In this document: positions 28,525 to 38,221 of the stretch, piece after piece
Position numbering within the stretch: position 1 is the first letter of the stretch
Layout: every line of letters starts with the position of its first letter
Assembly: GCA_040905715.1 (NCBI GenBank)
Contig: JBBDRA010000002.1
Coordinates: forward strand, 101,968 to 165,967
Reading direction: 5' to 3'
Length of the DNA stretch: 64,000 nucleotides
From: Minisyncoccota bacterium
Lineage (GTDB): Bacteria; Patescibacteriota; Minisyncoccia; Phycocordibacterales; CSBR16-193
The notes under the pieces: model-generated
Database searches by the model: none
What the model was told of the DNA's origin: nothing
What the model saw: the letters and a program-made list of their open reading frames with translations, nothing else
Position numbers and translations under genes: made by a program

Positions 28525-30216
28525 CTATTCTTCGCTGTCTATATCAACCACTCGACGCAGTTCCTCCAGCGAGGTTATGCCTTTAAGTGCCTTTATAACG
28601 CCATCTTCGGCAAGTCTCGGAATGCCTTGTGGTTTTGCTGCCTCCCAGATCTCACGGATACTTGGATTGTCCCGGAGCGCCATCTCGATCGCCTTATCCC
28701 CAAGGATCGCCTCGTAAATACCCAGACGCCCCTTGTACCCGAGGTCGTTGCATTTATCACATCCGCCAGCTACCCACATTTTTTCTGTCTGCAGGTCAAC
28801 AAGATACTTTTCGTTCTTTTCGCGCAAACTTGCCAGGAGTCGGTCAACGGTTTCTTTGTCTTTGCCCTCGATCACAGCTTCTTTTTTGCAGTCTTCACAA
28901 AGCTTTCGTACCAGGCGCTGGGCCATTGAGAGGGTGACCGCTGAGGTGATGACTTTTGCATCTACACCAAGGTCTATTAGACGCGGGAACGTACCGGCGG
29001 CATCATTTGTGTGCAGGGTAGAGAACACAAGGTGACCGGTCAGGGCCGCGTTGATCGCGGTGTTGGCGGTCTCCTCGTCACGGATCTCACCGACCATGAT
29101 GATGTCCGGGTCCTGGCGCATCGCGGAACGTAGTCCGGCGAGGAAGTCATACCCGGCCTCATGGTTTACCTGGGTTTGCACGACTCCTTCTAGGTGGTAC
29201 TCAACCGGGTTCTCGATCGTGAGGATCTTTACATCCAGCGAGTTTACCTCGCGGAGGAAAGAATAGAGCGTTGTTGTTTTTCCGGAACCGGTTGGACCGG
29301 TGTTCAGGAGCATGCCGTTTGGCTTCTGGATCTCTCGTTTGAATATCGTAAGCAGATCGGGCGGAATACCAAGGTCTTTAAGTTCCACCTGGATCGAGGA
29401 CGGGTCAAGAATACGCATTACGATCGAGTCGCCACCCGGGGAGGGAATGACCGAAGAGCGGATCTGGATCTTTGCATTGCCGGCATCGATCGAGAACCGG
29501 CCGTCTTGAGCTTCGCTGGTAACGTTAAGCTTCATGCCTGAGACCAGCTTAAATCTAGCCATGAGGCTTTTGTAGGTCGGGTAGTCGATATCGGCGATCT
29601 TTTGGAGCACACCGTCAAGACGGTATCTCAGACGCACAGCTTCTTCTTCCGGCTCGATATGGATATCAGACGCACCGACAGCCAGCGCACCGCCAAGAAC
29701 ATGCTCGGTCAGCTCTGAGGTCTTGGTCATGGAATCCTTTTCGAGTGTTGTGGAGACGAGCTCTCCTACGTCTTGGATCGTTTTTACTTTTTCGCGGATC
29801 GCATCAATATTTTCATTTGAAATATCAACCGTTCCGCGTCGGGTTTTAAAGGAGGCGGATAGATCATCATAGGTTCGCCAGCCTTTCTCAAGACCGATCG
29901 TGGTTGTGAGAAAGGGGTTTACGACGTACCCTTTTTCTTTGAGGTCACTTAGCACTTTTTGCGTCTCCTCGCTATTTGGCTGACGCATCGCAATGCTGAC
30001 CTTGTTGTTTACGATAGCGAACGGTACGAGTTTGGCTTTTTGAGATACTTCTTTGGGAACCAGCTGCATCGCGTCACCCTCGATGTTTTTCATGGTCAGA
30101 TCAACAAACTCCATTCCGGTCTTAGCGGCCAACTGCTGGACGAAATCGTCCTCTTCGTCCGTACGGAGTTTGCTCAGCGTTCCTTCTTGGTTTTCGTCGT
30201 CAAATTGGATGATCAT
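28525..30216 (-). CDS. pilB: Type IV pilus / type II secretion assembly ATPase (GspE/PilB family)
   Basis: N-terminal GspE-N domains, Walker A GPTGSGKTTTLYS, and a tetracysteine CDKC...C motif. Confidence 0.85.
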   Translation of the reverse strand: MIIQFDDENQEGTLSKLRTDEEDDFVQQLAAKTGMEFVDLTMKNIEGDAMQLVPKEVSQKAKLVPFAIVNNKVSIAMRQPNSEETQKVLSDLKEKGYVVNPFLTTTIGLEKGWRTYDDLSASFKTRRGTVDISNENIDAIREKVKTIQDVGELVSTTLEKDSMTKTSELTEHVLGGALAVGASDIHIEPEEEAVRLRYRLDGVLQKIADIDYPTYKSLMARFKLVSGMKLNVTSEAQDGRFSIDAGNAKIQIRSSVIPSPGGDSIVMRILDPSSIQVELKDLGIPPDLLTIFKREIQKPNGMLLNTGPTGSGKTTTLYSFLREVNSLDVKILTIENPVEYHLEGVVQTQVNHEAGYDFLAGLRSAMRQDPDIIMVGEIRDEETANTAINAALTGHLVFSTLHTNDAAGTFPRLIDLGVDAKVITSAVTLSMAQRLVRKLCEDCKKEAVIEGKDKETVDRLLASLREKNEKYLVDLQTEKMWVAGGCDKCNDLGYKGRLGIYEAILGDKAIEMALRDNPSIREIWEAAKPQGIPRLAEDGVIKALKGITSLEELRRVVDIDSEE

Positions 30217-30311
30217 TTACCCTATAATATCGCGGTGTGAGTGATGGAACAAGGGAAATTAAGGTGAGGGGTTGAACCATGGGCGATGATAGGGGGCGAT
30301 GACGGTGAAAA

Positions 30312-30350
30312 ATATTAGAGTTAACTCTAATATAACTCTAATATTTTAGA
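30312..30350. promoter_or_regulatory. AT-rich palindrome and direct repeats upstream of pilB
   Basis: tattagagttaactctaata palindrome plus a taactctaata direct repeat. Confidence 0.3.
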
Positions 30351-30402
30351 GAATGCAGTGTAGTGTTCTTACGATCAGCATCTGTTGCTGGCGCAACAAA
30401 TT

Positions 30403-30435
30403 ATAAAAAAGCCGCATTGCTTGCGCAATGCGGCT
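30403..30435 (-). terminator. Intrinsic terminator after the 30460-31170 gene
   Basis: 11-bp perfect stem agccgcattgc/gcaatgcggct followed on the minus strand by a T6 run. Confidence 0.55.
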
Positions 30436-30459
30436 GGTGAACGTACTTGGGAGTCTCGA

Positions 30460-31170
30460 TTATTCGGAGGTCGTCCATTCGAAACCGCGGTCGTGGATCG
30501 TCTGGTTGGGACCTCCCACAACCTCGATCCGCTCTCCGGGCTGATCGCGTTCTTTGAGCGCATCAGCTTCGCTGGTGTAGCGATCGGATGAGGAGCTACC
30601 AGACGGGATCCGTTGACTCTCAACTCGCCGAGTGTCGTCACGAACCGGCACTCGAGCAGATTCGAGTCGCTGACGAGTGACAGTATATGCTTGTCCTTGA
30701 GCACGAAACTTTGCCGCATCGCGTTCGCCGATTGCTCCGCCGGCTTCCGACTCGCCGGGTTGAGCCACGTGCTCCTCAGCGTACATGAACTCAAGGTTTT
30801 GGTTGTGTTCCTGGCGGCTTTGCCTGGAGATGATGTCGGAAGTATTGTTATCCTCGCGAATGTTGTTGTCGGCGCCAGCATTGTCGGCGCGGATGTCGTT
30901 GGACGTACGGACCGTATCGAGATTACCTCTGTTTCTGGTTCGAACCGTATCTCGCTCGAGATCGTGCTCGTGGTCCTGCTCTTCGCGGTCCTTGTCGCGT
31001 TTGTGGTCGCGCTCCTCTTCGATATCGTCGAGAATAACGTCGGCAACCTTTTCGCCGATGTCATCGCCGAACCAGTCCTTGATATCATTCGCCTCGGCAG
31101 GTGCCGGGGAAACGAACGAAACGAAACTGAACGAGAGAATTGCCAGTGTGGTCAAGATCGTCGTACGCAT
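30460..31170 (-). CDS. Secreted highly charged (Asp/Glu/Arg-rich) hypothetical protein
   Basis: AGGAGG sits 7 nt upstream of the ATG at MRTTILTTLAILSFSF (signal peptide). The longer ORF-track start is unlikely. Confidence 0.5.
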   Translation of the reverse strand: MRTTILTTLAILSFSFVSFVSPAPAEANDIKDWFGDDIGEKVADVILDDIEEERDHKRDKDREEQDHEHDLERDTVRTRNRGNLDTVRTSNDIRADNAGADNNIREDNNTSDIISRQSRQEHNQNLEFMYAEEHVAQPGESEAGGAIGERDAAKFRAQGQAYTVTRQRLESARVPVRDDTRRVESQRIPSGSSSSDRYTSEADALKERDQPGERIEVVGGPNQTIHDRGFEWTTSE

Positions 31171-31307
31171 AGCGCACCTCCTAAAAAGTGGTTTGTTTGA
31201 TCTGAAACGAGCCCTCACATTTCTGGGTCTATTATACATCTATACAAATATTTGTCAAGACCCTGTAAACTCTCTCATGCACTGTTTTCTGTGCTACAAT
31301 ACGCTCA

Positions 31308-31766
31308 ATGACGACCGTTTCGGAAGGTGAATTACAGGGCTTTGTTGAGCGTTTTTTGCAGGAGATATCAGAAAACACAGCGACTGACCGTACAAAATCG
31401 GTCGTTGTGGCTTTGTCCGGGGATCTGGGGGCCGGAAAAACCACCTTCACCCGTACGCTTGCCCGTGTTCTGGGTGTAACCGGACCGGTCACCAGTCCGA
31501 CCTTTGTGATCGAGCAGGTGTATGACCTACCGGCTGACAAGAACTTTGGTCACCTGGTTCACATTGATGCGTACCGACTTGAGAGCTCTGAAGACCTCCG
31601 AAGACTTGGCTGGGATGACATTGTTGCAGATCCGGCTAATTGTATTGTGGTTGAGTGGGCACAGAAGGTTGCAGATATACTACCTGAGGATGCGGTGTGG
31701 TTGATGTTTGAGGTGGTGGGAGAGAAGGAGAGGGAAATAACTACAGGACCTCAAATCAAACACTGA
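31308..31766 (+). CDS. tsaE: tRNA threonylcarbamoyladenosine biosynthesis protein TsaE
   Basis: P-loop ALSGDLGAGKTTFTR and about 150 aa. Confidence 0.75.
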   Translation: MTTVSEGELQGFVERFLQEISENTATDRTKSVVVALSGDLGAGKTTFTRTLARVLGVTGPVTSPTFVIEQVYDLPADKNFGHLVHIDAYRLESSEDLRRLGWDDIVADPANCIVVEWAQKVADILPEDAVWLMFEVVGEKEREITTGPQIKH

Positions 31767-31800
31767 ATACCGGATACCGGATACTGAATACAGACTACCG
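31763..31800. promoter_or_regulatory. ATACCGG / ATACTGAATAC repeat motif upstream of polA
   Basis: ctgaataccggataccggatactgaatacagactaccg. A related motif lies upstream of ruvX at 42816-42846. Confidence 0.25.
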
Positions 31801-31808
31801 AACTAGTT

Positions 31809-34235
31809 ATGTCACCAAAAACTAAAAAATCTGCAAAGAACGAACAAGACAAAAAGCGTCTGGTCTTGCTCGACGCTCATGCGATCTTGCATCGCGGGTA
31901 TCATGCCCTGCCGGCCTTCTCGACCACGAAAGGTGAGCCCACCGGTGCGCTCTACGGCCTCTCGACCATTCTCGTGAAGCTCATTGGCGATCTTAAGCCG
32001 GATTATATTGTCGCCTGTTACGATCTTCCCGAGCCAACTCATCGCCACGAAGCATACGATGCTTACAAGCAGGGACGAAAAGCGACTGACGAAGAGCTCA
32101 TCTCGCAGATCATCAATTCGCGCGAGATATTTGCGGCGTTCGGTATTCCGATGTACGAGGCGCCGGGTTTTGAGGCAGATGATCTGCTTGGTACAGCCGT
32201 TGAGCAATTCAAGGAGAGAGATGACATTGATATTGTGATCGCGTCCGGAGATATGGATACCATGCAGCTTGTCGATGATAAGCGGGTGCAGGTGTATACG
32301 ATGAAAAAAGGGATTCAGGACACCGTAATGTACGACGAAGATGCGGTGAAGGCGCGGTTCGGGTTTGGCCCAAAGCTTCTGCCTGACTACAAAGGTTTGG
32401 CCGGTGACCCTTCCGACAATATCCCCGGCGTTGCCGGCATAGGAGAGAAAACGGCAACACTGTTGATACAGGCGTTCGGAAGCATTGAAAAGATCTATAA
32501 AACGCTTAAGAAAAGCCCCGAGAAATTCGAAGAGGCGGGGATAAAGAAGCGAGTGGTTACGTTACTAGAGGAAAACAAAGACGAGGCAGAGTTTTCGAAA
32601 ATGTTGGCCACGATCCGGCTTGACGCACCGGTCGAATTCACGCTTTCCGACCGCGAATGGCGTGACGGTATTGATTTTGAAAAGACCCGGGAGGTTTTCC
32701 AGCGTTTTGAGTTTCGTAATCTCGAGCAACGTCTGCGGGAGGTGATCGCAACCGAAGACGAGCGGACAAAGATGGAGGAAGAAAAAGAGCAGCGTGCTCA
32801 GGTGCAGAAGAGCGACATCAACCAGGACGAGCTTGCCGAGACCGCTATTGCGCTGTGGCTTGTAAACTCAAGTACCACCTCGCCTACACTCGAGGATGTA
32901 CTTGCGTACGCGAATGCGACAGCGTTTGCAGAGGCGCGGGAGGTGATATTCCAAAAGCTTAAGGAGAACGAACTCGAAAACGTGTTTTATCAGATCGAGA
33001 AGCCGATCATTCCCATTGTGGCAAAAATGAGAGAGCGCGGCATAGTGATCGATCGCACATATCTCGCTGGCTTATCAGAGAAGTATCACATAGAACTCGA
33101 TCGGATCGAGAAAAAGATTCACACTCTGGCCGGCCGGGAGTTTAATATCAATTCACCAAAGCAGCTCGGCGAGGTGTTGTTCGACGAGCTGAGTCTCGCG
33201 CCTAAAAATCATCGTAAAACTTCCACCGGTGCTCGCTCGACAGCTGAGTCAGAGCTTAGAAAACTCGAAGGCGAGCACGAGATCATCGATTGTATTCTCC
33301 AGCACCGCGAACTTTCTAAACTTTTAGGGACGTATATTGATGCAATTCCCGACGGTCTTGATACACATGATAGGCTTCATGCTGAATTTCTTCAGGCCGG
33401 CACAACCACCGGTCGGATGTCCTCGCAGAATCCGAACTTGCAGAATATACCGATCCGGACCGAGCTTGGTCGGAATATTCGCAATGCGTTCGTGGCAAGC
33501 GAGGGATATGTTCTCGCCGCACTTGATTACTCGCAGATCGAACTTCGAGTATCTGCGTTTCTTTCGGGCGATGCTAAATTAATTAAAGCGTTCAAGGATC
33601 GTGAGGATATTCACACGGCTGTTGCGGCGGAAGTGTTCGAGGTTCCTGTTGAGGAGGTTGATAAGGAAATGCGTCGGAAGGCCAAGGTGATCAACTTCGG
33701 GATCATTTACGGCATGGGCGTAAATGCCCTGAAGACCAATCTCGGTACTGACCGCAAAGAAGCCCAGCAGTTTTACAATCGCTACTTTGAGAAGTTCAGT
33801 GGATTGGCAAAATATCTGGAGCACTTAAAAGATGAGGCGCACCAGCAGGGCTACAGCGAAACGCTCTTTGGCCGTCGTCGTTATTTTGAAGGTCTTGATT
33901 CACGTCTTCCGCAAGTGCGGGCCGGTGCGGAGCGCATGGCGATCAATGCGCCGATCCAGGGAACCGCTGCTGATATTCTCAAGATCGCTATGAAACGTGT
34001 TGACGAAAAATTGTGTGAACGCGCTGACGACAAGCAGACGTATCTTTTGCTTCAGGTACACGATGAGCTCGTCTACGAGGTGCCGGAAGGTTTGGTCGAC
34101 CAGATAGTACCACTGATCGAGGAAGCAATGGAATCGGTCCTGAGTGAAGAAGAGACAAAAGGTGTTCCTTTAGCAGCCGAGGCAGAAGTTGGTAAGAATT
34201 GGGGTGAGATGAAGTCGATCGAAAACGAAGGATAA
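31809..34235 (+). CDS. polA: DNA polymerase I
   Basis: 5-prime nuclease domain, polymerase motifs DYSQIELR and QVHDELV. 808 aa. Confidence 0.9.
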   Translation: MSPKTKKSAKNEQDKKRLVLLDAHAILHRGYHALPAFSTTKGEPTGALYGLSTILVKLIGDLKPDYIVACYDLPEPTHRHEAYDAYKQGRKATDEELISQIINSREIFAAFGIPMYEAPGFEADDLLGTAVEQFKERDDIDIVIASGDMDTMQLVDDKRVQVYTMKKGIQDTVMYDEDAVKARFGFGPKLLPDYKGLAGDPSDNIPGVAGIGEKTATLLIQAFGSIEKIYKTLKKSPEKFEEAGIKKRVVTLLEENKDEAEFSKMLATIRLDAPVEFTLSDREWRDGIDFEKTREVFQRFEFRNLEQRLREVIATEDERTKMEEEKEQRAQVQKSDINQDELAETAIALWLVNSSTTSPTLEDVLAYANATAFAEAREVIFQKLKENELENVFYQIEKPIIPIVAKMRERGIVIDRTYLAGLSEKYHIELDRIEKKIHTLAGREFNINSPKQLGEVLFDELSLAPKNHRKTSTGARSTAESELRKLEGEHEIIDCILQHRELSKLLGTYIDAIPDGLDTHDRLHAEFLQAGTTTGRMSSQNPNLQNIPIRTELGRNIRNAFVASEGYVLAALDYSQIELRVSAFLSGDAKLIKAFKDREDIHTAVAAEVFEVPVEEVDKEMRRKAKVINFGIIYGMGVNALKTNLGTDRKEAQQFYNRYFEKFSGLAKYLEHLKDEAHQQGYSETLFGRRRYFEGLDSRLPQVRAGAERMAINAPIQGTAADILKIAMKRVDEKLCERADDKQTYLLLQVHDELVYEVPEGLVDQIVPLIEEAMESVLSEEETKGVPLAAEAEVGKNWGEMKSIENEG

Positions 34236-34241
34236 GAACAT

Positions 34242-34955
34242 ATGCTTTACATTCTCTACGGTTCAGATTTTCAAAAGCGAAATACCAAGCTTAACCAGCT
34301 CTTGTTAGGTTTGGAGAAAAAACGCCCGAACGCGGAGCTTTTTAAACTCGACGAGATGGATATTAGCCCGGTACGACTCGAGGAGTTGGCCGGTTCACAG
34401 GGGTTATTTGATAGCAAATACATTGTTCAGATCGATCAGGTGATGGATATAGCTGATGCGCGTGAGACGGTTCTCGAGAGCGCGAAGTCCCTCGGTGAGT
34501 CAGAAAATGTTTTTATTATTGTGGAGAACGAACTTTCAAAAGCGGTTCTTAAAAGGCTTGAGAAACACGCTGAACGGGTCGAAGAGTTTTCTAAAAAGAA
34601 GGAAGGGAAAAAAGAGTTTAATACCTTTGCGCTCGCTGATGCACTCGGCAAGCGAGATCGCAAAGCGCTCTGGGTGGAGTATCAGAAGAATTGTCGGGAG
34701 CTCAAGGCACCAGAGGAAATACACGGTGTTTTGTTCTGGCAGCTTAAGTCAATCGCTATCGCACAGCAAACAAATTCAGCTGAAGAGGCAGGAATGAAAG
34801 CGTTTCCGTATTCCAAAGCAAAGGGGTTTGGGAAGAACTATACTGACAAAGAGTTGTACGATCTCCTCGGTGATCTTGTTGAGCGCTACCATCTGGCTCG
34901 CCGAGGAGAAGGTGATATGTCGACACAGTTGGAGCAGTTTGTGCTTACCGTGTAA
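34242..34955 (+). CDS. holA: DNA polymerase III delta subunit-like (short)
   Basis: N-terminus MLYILYGSDFQ resembles the HolA start. 237 aa is short for HolA. Confidence 0.45.
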   Translation: MLYILYGSDFQKRNTKLNQLLLGLEKKRPNAELFKLDEMDISPVRLEELAGSQGLFDSKYIVQIDQVMDIADARETVLESAKSLGESENVFIIVENELSKAVLKRLEKHAERVEEFSKKKEGKKEFNTFALADALGKRDRKALWVEYQKNCRELKAPEEIHGVLFWQLKSIAIAQQTNSAEEAGMKAFPYSKAKGFGKNYTDKELYDLLGDLVERYHLARRGEGDMSTQLEQFVLTV

Positions 34956-34976
34956 GGGGTTTACAGAAACATTTCA

Positions 34977-35105
34977 TGTCCGCCCGGTAGCCTGCCTGCC
35001 GGAAGGCAGGGAATCGCCTCTCCCTTCGGTCGAAATGCGCTAAAAACATAGTCGCAAGCCTGTCTGCCAACAGGCAGGCTCCTTGTTTTTAGGCACCTTC
35101 GGTTC
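34977..35105. repeat. Degenerate partial copy of the tRNA-Lys 3-prime region interrupted by a 20-nt hairpin insert, plus an inverted T-loop-like ggttcgattcc
   Basis: tgtccgcccggtag[cctgcctgccggaaggcagg]gaatcgcc compared with the real tgtccgcccggtaggaatcgaacc at 35164-35190. Confidence 0.55.
35057..35090 (+). terminator. Intrinsic terminator after holA
   Basis: Stem agcctgtctg / caggcaggct with loop ccaa, followed by ccttgttttt. Confidence 0.5.
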
Positions 35106-35119
35106 GATTCCTTCCCAAG

Positions 35120-35157
35120 CATACAAAACAAAGGCACGGGAGAAAACCCGTGCCTTT
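35120..35157 (-). terminator. Intrinsic terminator downstream of tRNA-Lys
   Basis: Stem aaaggcacggg/cccgtgccttt followed on the minus strand by ttttgtat. Confidence 0.55.
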
Positions 35158-35166
35158 GTTTTGTTG

Positions 35167-35239
35167 TCCGCCCGGTAGGAATCGAACCTACGACCGTCTC
35201 CTTAAAAGGGAGCTGCTCTACCGACTGAGCTACGGGCGG
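35167..35239 (-). tRNA. tRNA-Lys (anticodon TTT)
   Basis: Cloverleaf read by hand: acceptor CCGCCCG/CGGGCGG, D-arm GCTC-AGTCGGTA-GAGC, anticodon loop CTTTTAA, T-arm GTAGG-TTCGATT-CCTAC. Confidence 0.8.
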
Positions 35240-35284
35240 AAGTGAGGACGATCAGAAATATATCATATATATTTATGTTTCGTC

Positions 35285-35400
35285 CGAATGCACCGCCCGA
35301 AAGATTTTCTTACGGGCGGGAATGAGCGGTATCGCGCGAGAGCTAGCTCTCGCATGATCCGCGATTGACCGTTCGCAAGCTTTGCTTACGGGCGGGTAAT
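35285..35400. repeat. tRNA-Lys upstream region with two partial copies of the tRNA 5-prime end and palindromes
   Basis: cccgcccgtaag copies (minus-strand sense) at 35309-35320 and 35386-35397. Perfect 18-bp palindrome gcgagagctagctctcgc at 35336-35353. Confidence 0.5.
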
Positions 35401-35469
35401 TTGCGGCAAGAGTATTATTGCTCTTGCGTTGATTTCAATTTATAGCATAGAATAGAGAGCGTTTCAATT

Positions 35470-35937
35470 ATGGCCACTTATTTATTACTCCACAACATTC
35501 GCTCCACCTACAATGTCGGTTCTATTTTTCGGACAGCTGATGCTGCCGGTGTTGAGAAAATATTTCTGACCGGCTACACGCCAACACCGACCGATCGACA
35601 CGGACGGACGCGAAGCGACATTTCCAAGACCGCATTAGGCGCCGAAGGTTCTGTTGCGTGGGAGTATCATGCTCAGCCCGGGCCACTCGTAAAGGAACTA
35701 AAAGATCAAAGCGTTCGGGTGGTGGGTGTTGAGCAGGATGAGCGGTCAATTCCGCTTACGAAATATTCATCTCAGAAAAAAGAATTGCAAGATATTTGCT
35801 GGATCTTAGGAAACGAAGTGCGGGGCATATCTTCTCAGTTGCGCCGTCAGTGCGATGAGCTCGTCGAGATACCGATGTGCGGAAAGAAAGAATCACTCAA
35901 TGTTTCAGTTGCTGCCGGTATTGTACTTTTTTGTTGA
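35470..35937 (+). CDS. SpoU/TrmH-family RNA 2-prime-O-methyltransferase
   Basis: SPOUT motifs GSIFRTADAAG, ILGNEVRGIS and LNVSVAAGIVLF. Confidence 0.75.
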   Translation: MATYLLLHNIRSTYNVGSIFRTADAAGVEKIFLTGYTPTPTDRHGRTRSDISKTALGAEGSVAWEYHAQPGPLVKELKDQSVRVVGVEQDERSIPLTKYSSQKKELQDICWILGNEVRGISSQLRRQCDELVEIPMCGKKESLNVSVAAGIVLFC

Positions 35938-35940
35938 TAG

Positions 35941-36540
35941 TTACTCGTCTTGTTCGCGATGTTTAAAAAGCCACTTTACTGCAGGTCGGCCAACAAAATA
36001 GATGCCAAGGGTGACGGCCAGTAATGCAGTAAGCGCGATCTGGAGGCCAAATGCTGTATCTTCTAGCGTTGCAAGACCGGCACCCAAAACAAGACCGATC
36101 ACCGTAAGCAGTAGAATCCAGACAATGTTGCTTAGTAGTACAACAAGGGCGTATTGCCAAAGCGGAACTCGGTATATTCCGGCCAGGAGCTGAAAGACCA
36201 TTCGGGTGCCGAATAAGAATTTTGAATAAAATAACACGCGGAGTTTATGTTGTCTAAAGAACTCATCAAACGGTTTTGCTCGGTCGAGTCTAGACCGTAC
36301 GTATCGATAGTGCGCTAATCGCTCTTTCGGAATAAGGAGACCGAGCGTATACCAAAAAGTGTCGGCGAGCAGGGCTCCGCATAGTGTAAATATAAGCACA
36401 AGCTCTAGATCCAGGCGCCCGGTATAGCCAAGATAAATACCCGGAAGCACGAAAGCCTCGCCTAAAAAAATAACTCCTATAGTGTAGGCGAAATAAAAGT
36501 AGACGATTGCTGGAAATGAGAACATTATAAAAATGATCAA
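35941..36540 (-). CDS. DedA/TVP38-family membrane protein
   Basis: DedA signature region and multiple TM helices. Confidence 0.7.
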   Translation of the reverse strand: MIIFIMFSFPAIVYFYFAYTIGVIFLGEAFVLPGIYLGYTGRLDLELVLIFTLCGALLADTFWYTLGLLIPKERLAHYRYVRSRLDRAKPFDEFFRQHKLRVLFYSKFLFGTRMVFQLLAGIYRVPLWQYALVVLLSNIVWILLLTVIGLVLGAGLATLEDTAFGLQIALTALLAVTLGIYFVGRPAVKWLFKHREQDE

Positions 36541-36562
36541 GACCTAAAGACCGCCATCTGCA

Positions 36563-37147
36563 TTATCTGCTTGCTCGGGAGAAAGATAGTTTGCGTTTGG
36601 TGAACCAGTACACACCGGCATAGGAAAGGAGGGTGACAATAAGTGTTGCTGTGGCGGCGATGCCGGCACCGGTCATAACATCTTTAAGTACGTCAATGCT
36701 GGCGCCTAGGATGACACCGAACACGGTGGCCACACCAAACCACACGAGTGTGGCAGAGGTGCTCGCGAGGATGTAATGGCGATATGGTACATGGTTCATT
36801 CCGGCGAGCACCTGAAAGAAGATGCCGGTACCAAATAAAAACTTAGAAAGAAAGATCATTCGCAGCTTATGTTTGTCGTAAAAAGGTTTAAGCTTTTCTG
36901 CTCGTGCTGTTTCTCGTTGGATGAGTCGGTAGCGCATCAGACGCTGCTTTGGAAAGCGGCGACCTATACAGTACCAAAATGTATCTGAGAAAAGTGATCC
37001 AAGCAGAGCTACACCAAGAACGCTTAGAAGAGCAATGCCGCTCATATAGCCGAGATAAACAGCAGGGATAAGCGTGATCTCACCGGCAGAGATCATGCCA
37101 ACAAAGAGAGCGACAAAAAAATATTTAGTTATCCAGGTGGGGAGCAT
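36563..37147 (-). CDS. DedA/TVP38-family membrane protein (paralog)
   Basis: Clear paralog of the preceding gene (FLSKFLFGTGIFFQVLAGM versus FYSKFLFGTRMVFQLLAGI). Confidence 0.7.
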   Translation of the reverse strand: MLPTWITKYFFVALFVGMISAGEITLIPAVYLGYMSGIALLSVLGVALLGSLFSDTFWYCIGRRFPKQRLMRYRLIQRETARAEKLKPFYDKHKLRMIFLSKFLFGTGIFFQVLAGMNHVPYRHYILASTSATLVWFGVATVFGVILGASIDVLKDVMTGAGIAATATLIVTLLSYAGVYWFTKRKLSFSRASR

Positions 37148-37168
37148 AAGGATATTCTTAGCATTTTA

Positions 37169-38125
37169 TTAGGTGTTGGCGGTTTTTTGGCAAACAGGAC
37201 AAAAATGCGCGCTTCTGCCACCAACAACAATTCTCTTTATTATACCAGAACATCCGCGACGTGAGCAGGGGGCGTCTTTTTTTCGATAAACTTGGTGAAA
37301 ATTCTGATATTGGCCTTTTTCTCCGTAAATATTACGGTAATCTGAATCGGAATCCCCACCTGTCTCAATGGCGCGGGCCATTACTTTTTTGAGTGACTGG
37401 TGGAGCTTTGTTAACTGTAGGTCACTGAGTTTCTGAACATCGGTTTCCGGATGTATGCTACTCATCCAGAGTGCTTCGTCGGAGTAGATGTTTCCCACCC
37501 CGGCAAGGACCGACTGATCCATTAGAACTGTTTTGATCCGCCCGCTTTGTTTCCGGCGGATCCGATCACGGAATGTTTTCGGGGATAGGTCGAACGGGTC
37601 AGGGCCAAGAGCTGAAATGTCACTGACGGTGTCTATAGTAGAAGTAGGAAGAAGTGTTATTTTTGCAAATTTACGCACATCAGAGAGAACAAGGTGCTTG
37701 TCGTTGGAAAGAGAAAAGACAAGATGGATAAACCGATTATATGGATCCCAGAGCGGGGAGTCTTTTTCTGCGACCGGAACCCACTTCTCGCCACGCCAGT
37801 TTTCAGGAACTCGTTTTGCACTCTGTAGATCTTTGGTTTTTGTATACCTGCCGTACATTACATGCCCTGTCATCTTCATATGGATCAGTATCGTGCGGTC
37901 GTTCGTGAGCTCGATCAATATATTCTTTCCGCGGCGCGTGGCATTGGTGATAGCTGCGCCGATGACGGCACGTTTGAATGTGCGGTAAAAACGCTCGCTT
38001 TTGAGGGTGTCGGTTCGATGGGTTGCGTCGACATGAATATCCGACCAGACGTCAGTGATCGTTGTTCCAACTAATTCCTTTCGAATCTGCGTAGTAGTTG
38101 TATGCACCTCGGGGAGTTCAGGCAT
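37169..38125 (-). CDS. mutM: Formamidopyrimidine-DNA glycosylase (Fpg/Nei family)
   Basis: MPELPEV N-terminus (catalytic Pro2) and a C-terminal zinc finger CxxC...CxxC. Confidence 0.8.
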   Translation of the reverse strand: MPELPEVHTTTTQIRKELVGTTITDVWSDIHVDATHRTDTLKSERFYRTFKRAVIGAAITNATRRGKNILIELTNDRTILIHMKMTGHVMYGRYTKTKDLQSAKRVPENWRGEKWVPVAEKDSPLWDPYNRFIHLVFSLSNDKHLVLSDVRKFAKITLLPTSTIDTVSDISALGPDPFDLSPKTFRDRIRRKQSGRIKTVLMDQSVLAGVGNIYSDEALWMSSIHPETDVQKLSDLQLTKLHQSLKKVMARAIETGGDSDSDYRNIYGEKGQYQNFHQVYRKKDAPCSRRGCSGIIKRIVVGGRSAHFCPVCQKTANT

Positions 38126-38221
38126 ATGAGCAGTATCTAGATTGAGTATGTGGTAATTAGTACTCTAGTTTAGTGTTGATTAAAAGCGTAACATCCAGCA
38201 GGTGTTATACAGCAACATATA

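Noticed and set aside
30375-31330. Overlapping ORFs 30375-31088 (-), 30613-31200 (+) and 30785-31330 (+)
   Set aside because: All overlap the Asp/Glu/Arg-rich gene 30460-31170. Only that one has a signal peptide and a strong AGGAGG RBS.
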